Source: Mytilus trossulus (taxonomy: Eukaryota). From it: DNA of 64,000 nucleotides. Shown one piece after another: positions 1 through 13,603 of this stretch. The first letter of the stretch is position 1; every line of letters begins with the position of its first letter. The DNA lies in contig NC_086376.1 of NCBI RefSeq assembly GCF_036588685.1, positions 83,329,014 to 83,393,013 of the forward strand, given 5' to 3'. Below the pieces are notes generated by a model. It made no database searches. It was not told the origin of the DNA and saw only the letters and a list, made by a program, of their open reading frames with translations. Made by a program: the position numbers and the translations under genes.

Positions 1-1666
1 TAACAATACAAAAAGAGGTCCGCAATAAGTGGTGCACAGTTAGTCCCCATTGGAATTCCGATACCCCCAAAGCGAACAAAAATGTTATCTAGTAAAAATT
101 CAAGGGCATATATAGTATCAAAGCATGTCCAATTAACATAGTTTTTTTGTTTATTGCTACTAAAAAATGACCTAAAAAAGTTTGAACATATATATTCACA
201 TTCTGATTTTTTGAATGCCCATTTAATTAGGTGTGTGATTTTTTTCTTAATGAGAATGTGAGGCAATGTGGTATACAGGGTAGAAAAATCAAAACTTTGA
301 ACAGATTCAAAATCACCAATATAAGCATGCAATTTATCAAGTACTTCCAACGAGTTCTTGACACTCCAAAAGTAATTTATTCCACTATTTTCGAAGGCCT
401 TATTTGAACAATTTATTATAAGGTTTTTAATTGTACCAAGTGTGCTGGTAAGAATAATAGACAATTTAGTAGTTGAACAATGGCTTGAAGACGAAATAAA
501 TCTATATTTGTAAGGGGTTTTGTGTCCGTCTCATTTGGACTCAGATGGATAGTTCTGTTATTTGCATTCGTACATGTACCACATCTCTTTATATTATAAT
601 TATAAGTTATCTGAGGGTTTCTTATCGACCAGTGGTATAAAGCAAACATTGTGTAAAAACTCAATAAATAAGAGTCATTTGTTGCCCCCCCCCCCCTCCT
701 TTCCCCCATCTGAAATTGCATATACTGTCATTTCCCCCTTCTTTTCAATAATGTTAATCGCCTGATTATCTCGCAGAGAAATGTCCTTCACCATGTTATA
801 GGTTCTTACACATATCCAATAATTATCCAATAATAAAGAATTTTGGTTCTTTTAACATATTTGTATACGACACAATTGTTTGGCAGTCCTATTTGGGCTC
901 CATTGTCTGATTTTGAATATAAAGATCTGAAAATTGGGACACTATTGCAGTTTTTCCTTCAATTAAGAGGTTTGAAGTTTTTTTAGCAGAAACAAAAGAC
1001 AAAAATATGAAGTATCACAGATATCTGCATGATAGACTTATGTCTTTTAACGTCTTGATTATGTTGTGGGATAAATCACTTATAAATTGTTTTTTTTTTA
1101 ATTTAATTAGTCAAACTTGTAGCCTTATCATAAATCTTCCTTTATCCGCTTGAGCTTTTTCCTTTGTAAATATTGATGAACAAAAGCAATTATGACACAT
1201 TCAATTCATTCATTGCTGTTTACCTACGCCAACTATAGCAAACACTTCGTGTATTTTTAGTAGAATTTGTTTAGAAGTCCGAAAAAAGAACAACCTGAAT
1301 TCAGCAATTGGACCAACATCTTTGAATTCCAAGTGACAATAGAGGGTTTTTAAAACACGATGTTCGCTTTGAACTTGTGCTGATATAGGTTAAAACTCTT
1401 TTCATGGCGACTTGCTCTTTTGTTTTTCCTTTTCAATGCATACACAAAATAATGAGATAAATGTTTTTTATGGATGTAATTGTGTAGACAGTTTTCAGTT
1501 CGAATTATACACGATCCCTTTTATAATAAAAGTCTTTCCTAGAAAAAAAAAGCATTTAAAGAAAAGTGTAAAATACTTCCGTTTCGGGTCTGAAATAGAA
1601 ATATTAAAATTTATATCAATCAGACTATCTTTTTAAATTTCTATATTGAAATTTTACAGACTAGTC

Positions 1667-2179
1667 ATGTCATCTCAGTCATCACAGAAAAGAAAGTTTT
1701 CAACTCCTTTCATTTCACCCTTGTCGGCCGGTGTTAAAAAAATATCAGAAAACCATACAACCATACAGAAACAATACCACAACAGTAGTATTTCAGAGGA
1801 GAGAAGAGATTCTAGCAAGAATGGGTATAATCATAATAGCTGTCAGCCAAAAAGCCCGAAGAGAACACTTTATATATTCAAAGAACCGTTAGAAAATGCA
1901 GAAATCATTAGAAATGAAGTCACTTCAAGAAGAGAAAGGCGCTATTTAATACAACCAGCTATAGTAGAGAAAAATAAACCTATATCCACAATTTACGAAA
2001 TAACTGAGGAATCTGTAGATATTCAACCATATAACGTAGATACCTGGTTAAATGAATCTGCAAAAATAACTGCTACAAACTCAACGGTGTTCCATAGGAA
2101 TGCACGTGAATCTTGTCTTCAGAATCCTTCTCCAAAGAAAGCAAAGATTCCAAGGAAAACTGCAGCAACCGAAAGACAG
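1667..2179 (+). CDS. Probable first coding exon of an unidentified gene (MSSQSSQKRKFSTPFISPLSAGVKK...KIPRKTAATERQ). It is Ser/Lys-rich and shows no recognisable domain.
   Basis: A 171-codon open frame starts from an ATG preceded by ttttacag and ends at a CAG|gtattt donor. The ORF-track entry 1646..2287 begins at an alternative TTG and reads through into the intron. Confidence 0.4.
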
Positions 2180-2535
2180 GTATTTCCTCATCTTATAGAA
2201 TTTATAATTCTTACTTCTACTCAAATCATTTTGAGCACCGGTACCTTGATTCTTGCCTCGGTACAGTTATTCAAATTATTATTGTGAAATGTATATTGAA
2301 AACTTTTATCTATAAAAGTTACTTGAGATCCGCACCCAGTCGTTGGTTTATATTTATTGACAAGTCTAATATAAAAAAAAAAGAAAAAAAAGAAGAACTA
2401 GACATCATTTGATTCATTCATTTTTAAGCACTATACTAGACGATTATTTGCAATATAAAATATACACAGTCACAATACAATTGTTTCTTGCACCTGATCG
2501 AGCTTTCTTTCAATCTTATAGGAGCTATGAGCCTA

Positions 2536-3235
2536 TGCATGTATAAAATAGGAATACCCATGCATGTGTAAAATAGATTCATTCACGTCTCAGTCCTTAC
2601 AGCTGAACGGACGTGCTGGGTCAGCTCTCCTTTACCCGCTATCTTCGATGAGGGTTTATTGCTAGATGGTCAACGACATACTACTAAGATGACAGAAACC
2701 AATCCATGCCGTACAGAGAGACGTAGTAGTTGGCGTACCCGCGTTAACATGCCTCCAAAACCATTGTCTATTATGGGGAGTGTCATGCCGATTAACGTCC
2801 GAGGGCTGTATCCTAGGCTGTTGGGTGATACGACCTTCATTTTCCTGCCTCACGGCTTGGGTCCTGATAACGCTTCCTGTCATCTTTAGAACTACGTCCA
2901 CGATTCATCTACCAGTACTCCATCATCGAGGCTAGCGGGCTGCCAAGCTGACCAAACTGGCCCTGAAAGCAGCCGTTGTGAAGAAGTAAAATCCAAAATA
3001 GTCAACAAACCAAAAACAACTCACCAAAACCAAGATGGCGGCCTCCATTCGGCGTCCTTTGCTACCCGTTCCTGACCCACGGCACAAAATATTTAAATGC
3101 TCACCAATCGTCTTCGGGCACCGAGCCGACCGTGCGAGGGCTGAAAAGCCAGTCAAGGTCGTTAAACACTTCCATATATGTGTAAAATAGGAATACCCAT
3201 GCATGTGTAAAATAGGAATACCCATGCATGGCATG
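2536..3235. repeat. GC-rich segment of about 595 bp, bracketed by short tandem arrays of a 25-bp direct repeat (gtgtaaaataggaatacccatgcat). Probably an inserted element of unknown family.
   Basis: Base composition is sharply different from the AT-rich flanks. There are 1.7 repeat units on the left (2536-2577) and 2.3 on the right (3177-3235). I recognised no coding potential and no match to rRNA, snRNA, 7SL or tRNA. Confidence 0.5.
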
Positions 3236-3730
3236 ATACCGGCGGGTGCTATAATTCGAACTTTTCTGGTTGATGCTTCTTAATCTAAGTTCAGTTATTT
3301 GAATCGAGTTGAATTATATCTCTATACATAGTCTGATGTTTGATTCGATATTGCCTTATACACAATATCGAATCAAACACAAAGGCTGTCACCTAACACT
3401 TTTACGAATAAGAACTTGTTAGTTGCAATAATTATCAACCATCTTTTTGTATGATGTTAAAATTTTGTTGAAGAGAATGATTTTTGATTTATTGTAAAAT
3501 AAATCCATGAAAACATATAATACATATTATATTATGTCTCTGTTTTTAAAAACGGTTTCAATATAATACCCATTTCTATATAGAATAAAAAGTATCACGA
3601 AAATGATTTCTATTCTCGAATTGAATATTAAATGTATTATTATAGTACATGTTTATAGATATACATATTTTGCAGATTATAGAGTCAGACACGATATTTT
3701 TGAAATTTTTGTTGCATCTGCCAATTTCAG

Positions 3731-3812
3731 GTAAAGCTAAATGTGTTGTGCTCGATACTCAAGATGAAGAATGAACTACAAATAATACGAGACAGGCGAG
3801 ATAAGCTTTGTG
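3731..3812 (+). CDS. Possible second exon of the same gene (VKLNVLCSILKMKNELQIIRDRRDKLC), coiled-coil-like.
   Basis: aatttcag acceptor, TGTG|gtatgt donor, phase compatible with 1667..2179. Confidence 0.25.
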
Positions 3813-6204
3813 GTATGTTGATTATTCAAAGATATCTAAACAATATAATCACTTTCGTATTGAGAATGTTGCAGAAACCAATAAAACATTATTCCGATCT
3901 GCTGATCTAAGGGGTTGGTTAATAGGTTTACAAGACTTGGTAAAAAAATATATATATAAAAGTATTGATTGTTTTATTTTTATATTCAGAATGGCCTTAA
4001 GTGATTTTGAGGTCACTTTGTCAAAGGTCAAGGTCACAATAGCAATGATACACCATTTTTGGAAATTTTGGTTTCCAGATGTTCTTTTAAACGTACTACA
4101 TGTCAAACTTTCATGTCCTCCTTGATCAAGCTTTTCTATAAAGTGCCCCTTTAGAATGAAGAAGATTCCTTTTGACAATTAGATAAGGAAGTCAAAGGTA
4201 AAGGTCACAGTGCATTTAATAAAATTATGGTAACTTGAATTGTGATTAAAAACAACCCTATTGATTGTTAGGTTACCAGGTGAAAGGCCAATGCCACAGC
4301 AGCAATTGGTAAAATAAAATTGCTGCAAAATTATGTTTTTTTAAGTATGATATGTTTGTTATACGAGAAACTATCACCAAACTAAACCCTATTGACTCTT
4401 GTATTGGTAGGTCATACATTAAGTTCACGCTGGTTTCTATACACTATTTTTTTGAAAAAAGATTAGTTTATGAACAATTATATCATTAGATTCATAAATC
4501 AAATCTTTACCAATCTATGAAGGGATAATGCTCCTTCAGGTCAAAGTTCAAGGTCGCAGTAGCAGTTTATAGACTGGAATTTTGTAAAATTTTTGCTTCA
4601 CAGATAATACTTGTCAGCAACTACCAGCAATAATAGCTTTTGCACAAGTGCTTCTGTAATTTTTATCTTCACAACTTGTGTTTAAGATTGCTTTTTGTTG
4701 TGCAGTTTATTTTGGTCTTTTAGTCTTGGAATAATAGGGTTAAGGTTGAGTACTCACACACAGGTTAACTCTACCTACCATATATTAAAATATGCTTAAT
4801 GTAACCGCGAAATGATCACCAATCTTACTGGTCTCTTTCATTGTTTCTATATGTTTTCTCTGTCATTTTGAATTTGTTTTGTCTTCAGAACATTTGTAGA
4901 CTTGCTATATTTTGTCTGTATCAAGAATTTTAATATAAATAAATAAGACACAGACACTTCTCTATTGATAAATATTAACTTTCCCGAGTCTTTACCGGTA
5001 TTTTCTTTTTTTTCTGGATTGCTGTTTGTTGGCATTTACCCAATATCATCTGTTTCAGTGCACCTAAACATTTTCATTTTTCAAGTAGCAACCACATAGG
5101 ACTGATGTTTAGTATAGCAAGTAGACCTGAAAAGGAAATGTTATAAGACCTTATAAAGTATAAAATAAGTCTTTTTAAATGTGTGCAAGTTTTCTTATGT
5201 TTACTTTTTATATTACAGTCAACTTGAAGGAAATTACTATTTACCAAGAGGAGTAGGTTCTGAAACAGACAATTAATGAAAGCTATCAATATTCTTCGAA
5301 AAAGGACTGTGGACAAAGAACAAGTTTGTTTTTTCTAATGAACTGATATATCTTGTTGTGTATAAAGTTAGTATCAGGAATACTACATATATAATTGTTA
5401 TGTTTTCACTAGTTGAAAACAACTTATTTATTTGTGACACTTGTGATAAGATCTGCTATTTTCTGTTTTCAATTGGTAACTATATTGTTATTAAACTTAT
5501 CATGAAATAACCTGAGTCCTGTGTTTTTTTAATGGTCATGCTCAAGACTGTCATTCCTTTAATAAATTAAAGGTTTAAATTTAAGACTAAGGTCCTATGA
5601 GAATCCCTTTCTGCTCGACACTAAAAACACACAACACCACTGGTTGTTGATCTAAATGAGAATAAAGTATATTTTGGATTAACAGAATCAATCTAACATA
5701 ACAAACTCCCCTCAAAATATTTAAAGTTCACTATAAACCAATTCCAATTCTTTATGAATGAGTTATGACAGGTTGACAGAGGTCATAAATGATGTCATTG
5801 AACAATAAACTCTTATTAATGTGAAGTAATAACAAACAATGCAACATTTGGAATGTAGGCTCAGGAATGCGAAAGTCCACTTTACATCAATTGACCAGAG
5901 CCCAATAACTAGAAATACAAGGGAGGGTTATGAAACTTTTAAGAATAAATGACAGATCTGGTGAAAAAACACCTAAACTGTGGAAATAGATATACTTCTG
6001 CTGTTGTTTTTTATTTGGTCAGGTTGTTGTCTCTTTGACACATTCCCAATTTCCATTCTCAATTTTATGTTTCAACTGTATGTAATGTTGATAGGTAAAT
6101 GCAAATGTTTAAATTGCAATAGTAGTACTTTTGAAATTAAACAAAACCAAATATTCAATCAACAAAGACTGAAGGTAAAGGACTAAATAATTTCCATGGA
6201 AATA

Positions 6205-6545
6205 AAACTGCATACCAAATATCAAAGACTTATCATTTTTAGTGCCCTTTTTAAACTGACCTAATCACAAAACTTTCATATGTAAACTATGCAAAAGTCA
6301 ATAGAAAATGGCTGAGGAGATGTACCAGCACTTATAAAACTGCATACCAAATATCATTGACTTATTATGAGCAATGTGATTATTTTAAGGTTGAAATTAC
6401 TGAGGGGTCAAGACCAATCAATCTTCAAGGAAATGAGATGTGCCAATGCTTTCACAACTGCATACCAAATATCATTGACTTATTATGAGATATGTGATTG
6501 TTTTAAAGTCAAAATACCATGACTAAGGAGGCAAAGCTTCCCTCA
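6205..6545. repeat. Short tandem repeat of about 130 bp, roughly 2.5 units (aactgcataccaaatatcattgacttattatgag...).
   Basis: Direct repeats are visible at 6215, 6345 and 6465. Confidence 0.6.
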
Positions 6546-9500
6546 CAAAAGACCATTGTATGGCGATCTTAAAATGTATGTTGTTTAAGGCACAGAGTGT
6601 TGCTGGGTTGCTGTCTAAAAGATGTTTCCCTAACACCTATTTAATTAATATTTGTCTATTCTTACACTTAGAATGTATGAGCCTATGGGGTCTGTAACTG
6701 TCCTGTGAATTTCATTGCCTTTTGATTTTCTATAATTACTACTTTGCAGTCTATAGTCTTTAAATCTGGATATTAGGTAAATACAAATAATGATAAGTAA
6801 GGGTTACGCATTTTGAGCCTGATACAACAATATCTGTCTTCATAAGTTAATAGGAGACATTAATATGAAATATGTTGTAACAAATACTTCTAGTCCTAAG
6901 TGATCATGTATAATGGAAAAAAACAAAAACAAAAATGTTTAATTAACATTTTTTTATTCAAAACATATCAAAAACAAATGTATAACAACAAAAAAGTTAA
7001 CAAATATCTGTGATTTCTATCGCTTCTTAATGAGAAGATTGCTGAAATCACAAAACTGGTACATACAAATTGAAAAAAAACAAAATGTACTAACATTTTG
7101 GAAAATAAAAAGGAAATAAAAGATTGTTTAGGAATTTCTCAGATTTCTGATTATCATTCATTTCAAACTTTCTCTATTCCAACATGCATTCTGACACAGC
7201 ACTTCCAGTACTTTTCTTGCTTTCATCTTTCAGTCTACCAATCATTATTTTTCTTACTTCATCCATCCTTCCTCTTCTTTCACTCTAGCCATTTTCACAG
7301 TTTACCACAATCCACATTCTTTTGGCAATGACTTTCATTCCTTTATTTTCTTACATCTCATTCATCTCTTTTTCTCTCTTTTTTTGTATTTCACACACAA
7401 CATATAAATACTCTTTCACAATTTTTAAAATAGATGAAATTTGTGTACCAGCCATTTTGGTAAAATATCTGAGTATTTTTAATGATTTTTTTAACCACCC
7501 CCAAAATACAATAATTTTATGAAAAAATGTCTTATTATCTTTTCTATTTGACCCCCTTTAAAAATATAGAACAAAACTAAAAAAAAATAATACTAATAGT
7601 AATTATTGTTTAAAAATCAAGAAAATTAAAATCAAGCTAAGTTAACAAATTCATTTATTATATTTTCTTAAACATAAATATGTGAATCTTCCAAAGACTG
7701 GACTAAATAAAGTGACAAGTACTCTTCTACTTGTTTATATTTATTAGTCGTAAAAATTTACCTCCTGCAAAATAATCTATTAAAGTATACAATAAAACAA
7801 TTTACTGTGATCATCAATGTTGACATTTAAATGAGAGACCTATGCAGAAAGATGTGTCATACGTGCAACATGCATGTATCTAATTTCGGTTCCGATGGTA
7901 CCAACTTATATCTAGGTCAGTAAAACAACAACTTCTTGCATATTTAATGCATGTTACAATAATTAAAAAAAAAGGTGAAGTGTAATAGAAAGACATTAAG
8001 TTGTCACAGGTAAAAAAAAAGAGATCGTTGACAATATAAAATGTGTTTCAATTGTATATTTGAACGATGCAATAAAACCATAATTTCACCGTGGGAAATG
8101 TTTCAAGGCCAAAAACTGAGAAATAGAGTTAAATATATATTCTTCAGTTATAAACTTTGGTCTTGTTTTAATGCATATACTTTTAACCAGAATATAAACA
8201 ATACACTTGTTGTATCATATTTTATAAATCAGCAATAACATGATTTTTTTTTCAACTGTAACAATTATTTAGTTGGGTTAAAAAAACATCTGTTGTTTTT
8301 CAATGATAAATTGTTAAGAGAAGGTATCCTAAATATAACTTTTTAGGTTAACTAAAAAAAACCAACAGAACAGACAGTGTTTTATAGGGATTTAAAAAAT
8401 AACAGAAAACAAAAACTATCAATGGTAAAAACTGTTGAGTAAGGCCTATTAGTTCATAACTCTGCTCCATCATTTGTATACATAAACAGTAGAGTAAAGT
8501 GCAGGTTTTGCTGTGAGAACCCCTCCACCCACCTATTCTGAAAATAAAAAATATGGTGAAATGCACATGGCATTAAGTTATCATGACTAAGATTCATTGA
8601 CATAAAGTCAATTATCTAAGAAAAAGTGGATTCCTAATAGGAAGCTATCCTCATGCCAATATAACAAACTTTATATCATGGGAAATATCACAAAAATCTT
8701 CGGATAAAAAAACTTGTATATAAGGTGCACTAAAGATGCAATTACACACTGAATTCTGTTACATCACATTTAATGGCTTATAAGAAGTGACTGTAAGACA
8801 AACAATGAAACGATCAAACGAGAATAATGATGAATGCATACTCCCAACATCAATACCAGTAAGTGAGAAGGTAAATGATCAATACCCAACATCAGTACTG
8901 GTAAGTGGGACTATAATGACCGTCTTATTTGTTCATTGCACTAAAAATCATCACTACTCTTATGTACATATATACTATACATTTCTACTAAATGATAAAA
9001 ATAGTGAAAAATCTCAAAAGAGATAGTTTGTATCACCACAAATTAAACATGGTGATTACCTCTACAAAACAATGTAACTCCAATATATGCAATATAATAA
9101 CTTCTAAAACTGATATAAAAAAAAATATGTACAAACAAAGTTTTTCTTTTGTTATCTATCAAACTATCAATGAAACAAAATATACTAACAAAAATATAAC
9201 ATAACAAATATGAATTGTACTAAAAGTGTTAAACAAAATCTTATCAGATGATATACATATAATACAGCATATTCATTCTTTATGTAAAGAAAATGATATA
9301 AAAAAGTCTAAATGTCAGATATTGCACACACAATATACAAGCCATATAAATACAATATAAAGATTTTTAAATTCTAAAACATAAATTACTGGTAAAATTT
9401 TTGAATAATGTACAAACTCAATGCTTTAAAATGGGATGAAAATGTTTTCCAAAAATTATATCTTTACAGCATATTTTTGCTATGTTTATTTCACATGATA

Positions 9501-9813
9501 ATGTTAGAATTACTGAAAACTAGAAAATGCATATCTAAACAATTCTTATAAATTTAATTTGAAATTAACTAAAACAGACAGTGCATACATTAACAAATAT
9601 ATATCAAATTCTTAACAAATAGTCACAATATGCAATTGAATTCAATGCATTTTTTTTTCTTCATTATTTACATACAAAATTGTATATTTTTTTTCTATCT
9701 CCTTCAAAGTAAACACATTGCCACAATTAATTACAATTCCCTCTTTTTACAGCATCAAGTATGATGAATTCACCTTTGTCTTTCTCTGTGAAAATAGTAT
9801 TTTTTCTCTACTG

Positions 9814-9819
9814 TTTATT
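9814..9819 (-). promoter_or_regulatory. AATAAA polyadenylation signal overlapping the TEP1-like stop codon.
   Basis: The minus strand reads GGCAAATAAACAG, so the TAA stop lies inside AATAAA. Confidence 0.4.
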
Positions 9820-9955
9820 TGCCTCCACTCCAGGTCAAGTAATGAATGTTACCCAATTCATCTCCACAGGCAAGGGAGACAACTGAATATGGATTGTGTA
9901 AAACTTTCACAATTGTCATTGTGGTAACTGGTGCTGGACAGAAGAATAAACCAAC
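9815..9955 (-). CDS. TEP1: TEP1-like last coding exon (VGLFFCPAPVTTMTIVKVLHNPYSVVSLACGDELGNIHYLTWSGGK*), stop TAA at 9815-9817.
   Basis: tttatag acceptor. Phase 0 follows exon 54. The stop codon is followed by the 3'UTR. Confidence 0.75.
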   Translation of the reverse strand, partial: VGLFFCPAPVTTMTIVKVLHNPYSVVSLACGDELGNIHYLTWSGGK

Positions 9956-10284
9956 CTATAAAAGAATCATGCAATCAGTTATTAACAAATGCAAACAAGT
10001 ACAGTTTATATTCAGTTGGGATAGACATTTATAAAAGGAGGCCCAGTGAGTCTGCAGTGTAAAGACGAGCATGTTCTAAATAAGAAAAAAATATCTTCAA
10101 GTAGCTTCTTTCCAAGTTATATAAAATTTCATGGAGGTTATTCATGTTTTAAAAATGTATGAATTTTGAGACTGTTAAAAATGTTAACTGCCAAAAAAAA
10201 CCAAGTCATTTATCAGTAAAAGTATTTAAAAATATTTTCTTTACAAAATTTGCTTCAATTAGTTTTTGTTAATTATAAACTTAC

Positions 10285-10386
10285 CTGCTTCATATCTTTA
10301 TCCCATACTTTGACTGTTCTGTCTTGAGAAGCAGTGAAAATAAGATCATCTGTCATATCTACTGCTGTCACTGCTCCACCATGTAC
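10285..10386 (-). CDS. TEP1: TEP1-like exon 54, WD40 (VHGGAVTAVDMTDDLIFTASQDRTVKVWDKDMKQ).
   Basis: ttctag acceptor, CAG|gtaagt donor. Confidence 0.85.
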
Positions 10387-10590
10387 CTAGAAAATAAACA
10401 AAATTGAATAATGAAAAAAAATAATAACAATAATCTAAAAAAAGAACCTCAAGTTCAATGTGAATGGTAAATAATTTTGAAGAGTAAAGTCTCTAGATTA
10501 CTGGATGTATAAGGAAGAATGAGCGGTCAAAACTACATACTAAATAATGTAATTCTGAGCATGAATATTTTTAAAAATGTGTACACCTAC

Positions 10591-10761
10591 CCTTGTTGTA
10601 GATTTAGAGTTGGTTATCTGCCCTTTAGAATCTCCAATTATCTGTAGTTTGCCATCAACAGCCATGCTGTGTACCCAAACTGGTTGTTTCTTGTGCATTA
10701 ATACATCTGTGTCAACTCTGTTTGGAATCGAAATCCTGGTTATAACTTTTATGTTGCATTT
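10591..10761 (-). CDS. TEP1: TEP1-like exon 53, WD40 (KCNIKVITRISIPNRVDTDVLMHKKQPVWVHSMAVDGKLQIIGDSKGQITNSKSTTR).
   Basis: ctttcag acceptor, AGG|gtaggt donor. Confidence 0.8.
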
Positions 10762-10947
10762 CTGAAAGAACAGAAAGAATGATATACAGTGTTCTTGAAC
10801 CAGGTTTTCAATCAACCTAAAAATTAATACCATTATTTATAAATGGGGATTATGGAAAACAGATGATGCACCTGCTTGTATATTATGTTATAAGCCATTT
10901 TTAAATTAAAAAAAATATAATACATGTTGAAGAATGATTCTAATTTA

Positions 10948-13559
10948 AACCAGATGCTCCGCAGGGCGTAGCTTTATACAACCGCAGAGGTTGAACCCTG
11001 AACGGTTGGGGCAAGTATGGACATAACATTCAAGCTGGATTCAGCTCTAAATTTGGATTGTGATTAAATAGTTGACACAGCATAGGTTTCTGACACAGAA
11101 TGAATGTGTTCTAATGAAATTAAATTTTTTGTTTTCTCTTAGAGCAATTCACTATGCTGTTGAATATTATTCCTCTCAAAAAAATGTTTGAAGAAATTTT
11201 CTTTTTATTTATGAAATTTCAAATGAGAAAATTGAACCCATTTTTTTTAATCACATCCCCCTTTCCCTTATTCCAAAACTAATCTCAATTAAAATTTCTA
11301 ATGGAGTTTGCAACAATTACTACTCATTTAAATACATCATAAAATATTAAGATGTAAAAAAACTGCTTTTTTATCAGTTGGTAGTAAAAAGTGAATATAC
11401 ATTGTATATTGTATATATAACAAAGATTTAAGTTGATTCTGGACAAAGAAAGATAACTCCAAATAAAAAAAAATCTTACAATTAGATATTTCTTGCTTAC
11501 TATTCTGGACAAAGAAAGATAACTCTAATTAAAAACAAAATTGCTATTTCACAATATTTTGCAATAAGATATTTCTTGCCATTGCGCAATACTGTGCAAT
11601 TGAAAAGACTTGCTATTGCACAAAACTTAATATAATTATTTTAGATCCTGATTTGGACCAACTTGAAAACTGGGTCCATAATCAACCAGATGCTCCGCAG
11701 GGCGTAGCTTTATACGACCGCAGAGGTTGAACCCTGAACGGTTGGGGCAAGTATGGACACAACATTCAAGCTGGATTCCACTCTAAATTTGGATTGTGAT
11801 TAAATAGTTGACACAGCATAGGTTTCTGACACAGAATGAATGTATTCAAATGAACTTAAAATTTTTTGTTTTCTCTTAGAGCAATTCACTATGCTGTTGA
11901 ATATTAATCCTCTCAAAAAAATGTTTGAAGAAATTTTCTTTTTATTTATGAAATTTCAAATGAGAAAAATTGAACCCAATTTTTTATTCACATCCCCCTT
12001 TCCCTTATTCCAAAACTAATTTCAATTAAAATATTCTAATGGAGTTTGCAACAATTACTACTCATTTAAATACACCATAAAATATTAAGATGTAAAAAAA
12101 CTGCTTGTTATCACTGAATGGTAAAGATTATTTAAATTTACCAGTTGGTAGTAAAAAGTGAATATACATTGTATATTGTATATAACAAAGATTTAAGTTG
12201 ATTCTGGACAAAGAACGATAACTCCAATTAAAAAAAATTCTTGCAGATATTTCTTGCTTACTATACTGGACAAAGAAAGATAACTCTTAATTAAAAAAAA
12301 ATTTGCTATTTCACAATATTGTGAAATTAGATATTTCTTGCCATTGCACAATACTGTGCAATTGAAAAGACTTGCTATTGCACAATACTTAATATAATAA
12401 TTTTAGATCCTGATTTGGACCAACTTGAAAACTGGGCCCATAATCAAAAATCTAAGTACATGTTTAGATTCAGCATATCAAAGAGGCCCAAGAATTTAAT
12501 TTTTGTTAAAATCAAACTTAGTTTAATTTTGGACCCTTTGCACTTTAATTTAGACCAATTTTAAAACTGGGCCAAAAATTAAGAATCTACATACACAGTT
12601 AGATTTGGCATATCAAAGAACCCCAATTATTCAATTTTTGATGAAATCAAACAATGTTTAATTTTGGACCTCGATTTGGGCCAACTTGAAAACTGGGCCA
12701 ATAATCAAAAATCTAAGTACATTTTTAGATTCAGCATATCAAAGAACCCCAAGGTTTCAATTTTTGTTAAAATCAAACTAAGTTTAATTTTGGACCCTTT
12801 GGACCTTAATGTAGACCAATTTGAAAACGGGACCAAAAATTAAGAATATACATACACAGTTAGATTCTGCATATTAAAGAACCCCAATTATTCAATTTTG
12901 ATGAAATCAAGCAAAGTTTAATTTTGGACCCTTTGGGCCCCTTTTTCCTTAACTGTTGGGACCAAAACTCCCAAAATCAATACCAACCTTCCTTTTATAG
13001 TCATAAACCTTATGTTTAAATTTCATAGATTTCTATTTACTTATACTAACGCTATGGTGCGAAAACCAAGAAAAATGCTTATTTGGGTCCCTTTTTGGCC
13101 CCTTATTCCTAAACTGTTGGGACCGAAACTCCCAAAATCAATACCAACCTTCCTTTTGTGGTCATAAACATTGTGTTTAAATTTCATTGATTTCTATTCA
13201 CTTTAACTAAAGTTATTGTGCGAAAACCAAAAATAATGCTTATTTGGGCCCTTTTTTGGCCCCTAATTCCTAAACTGTTGAAACCAAAACTCCCAAAATC
13301 AATCCCAACCTTTCTTTTGTGGTCATAAACCTTGTGTCAAAATTTCATAGATTTCTATTAACTTAAACTAAAGTTATAGTGCGAAAACCAAGAAAATGCT
13401 TATTTGGGCCCTTTTTGGCCCCTAATTCCTAAAATGTTGGGACCAAAACTCCCAAAATCAATACCAGCCTTCCTTTTATGGTCATAAACCTTGTGTTAAA
13501 ATTTCATAGATTTCTATTCACTTTTACTAAAGTTAGAGTGCGAATACTAAAAGTATTCG

Positions 13560-13603
<44 letters not shown>

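Noticed and set aside
1490-1515. gttcgaatt string that might suggest a tRNA T-loop. I scanned more generally for tRNA, rRNA and snRNA genes.
   Set aside because: There is no GGTTCGAATCC-type T-arm with matching acceptor or D arms here or elsewhere in the window. No 5S, U1, U2 or U6 signatures were found.
1646-2287. ORF-track extent of the 213-aa ORF.
   Set aside because: It starts at an alternative TTG. The biological start is more likely the ATG at 1667, which is preceded by an acceptor-like tract. The tail beyond 2179 reads through a good GT donor into AT-rich intron.
3808-4178. ORFs 3808..4125 (plus) and 3849..4178 (minus) just after the putative second exon of the left-edge gene.
   Set aside because: They are AT-rich, low-complexity and overlap each other on opposite strands. 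They are downstream of a good splice donor at 3812 and most likely intronic or intergenic.
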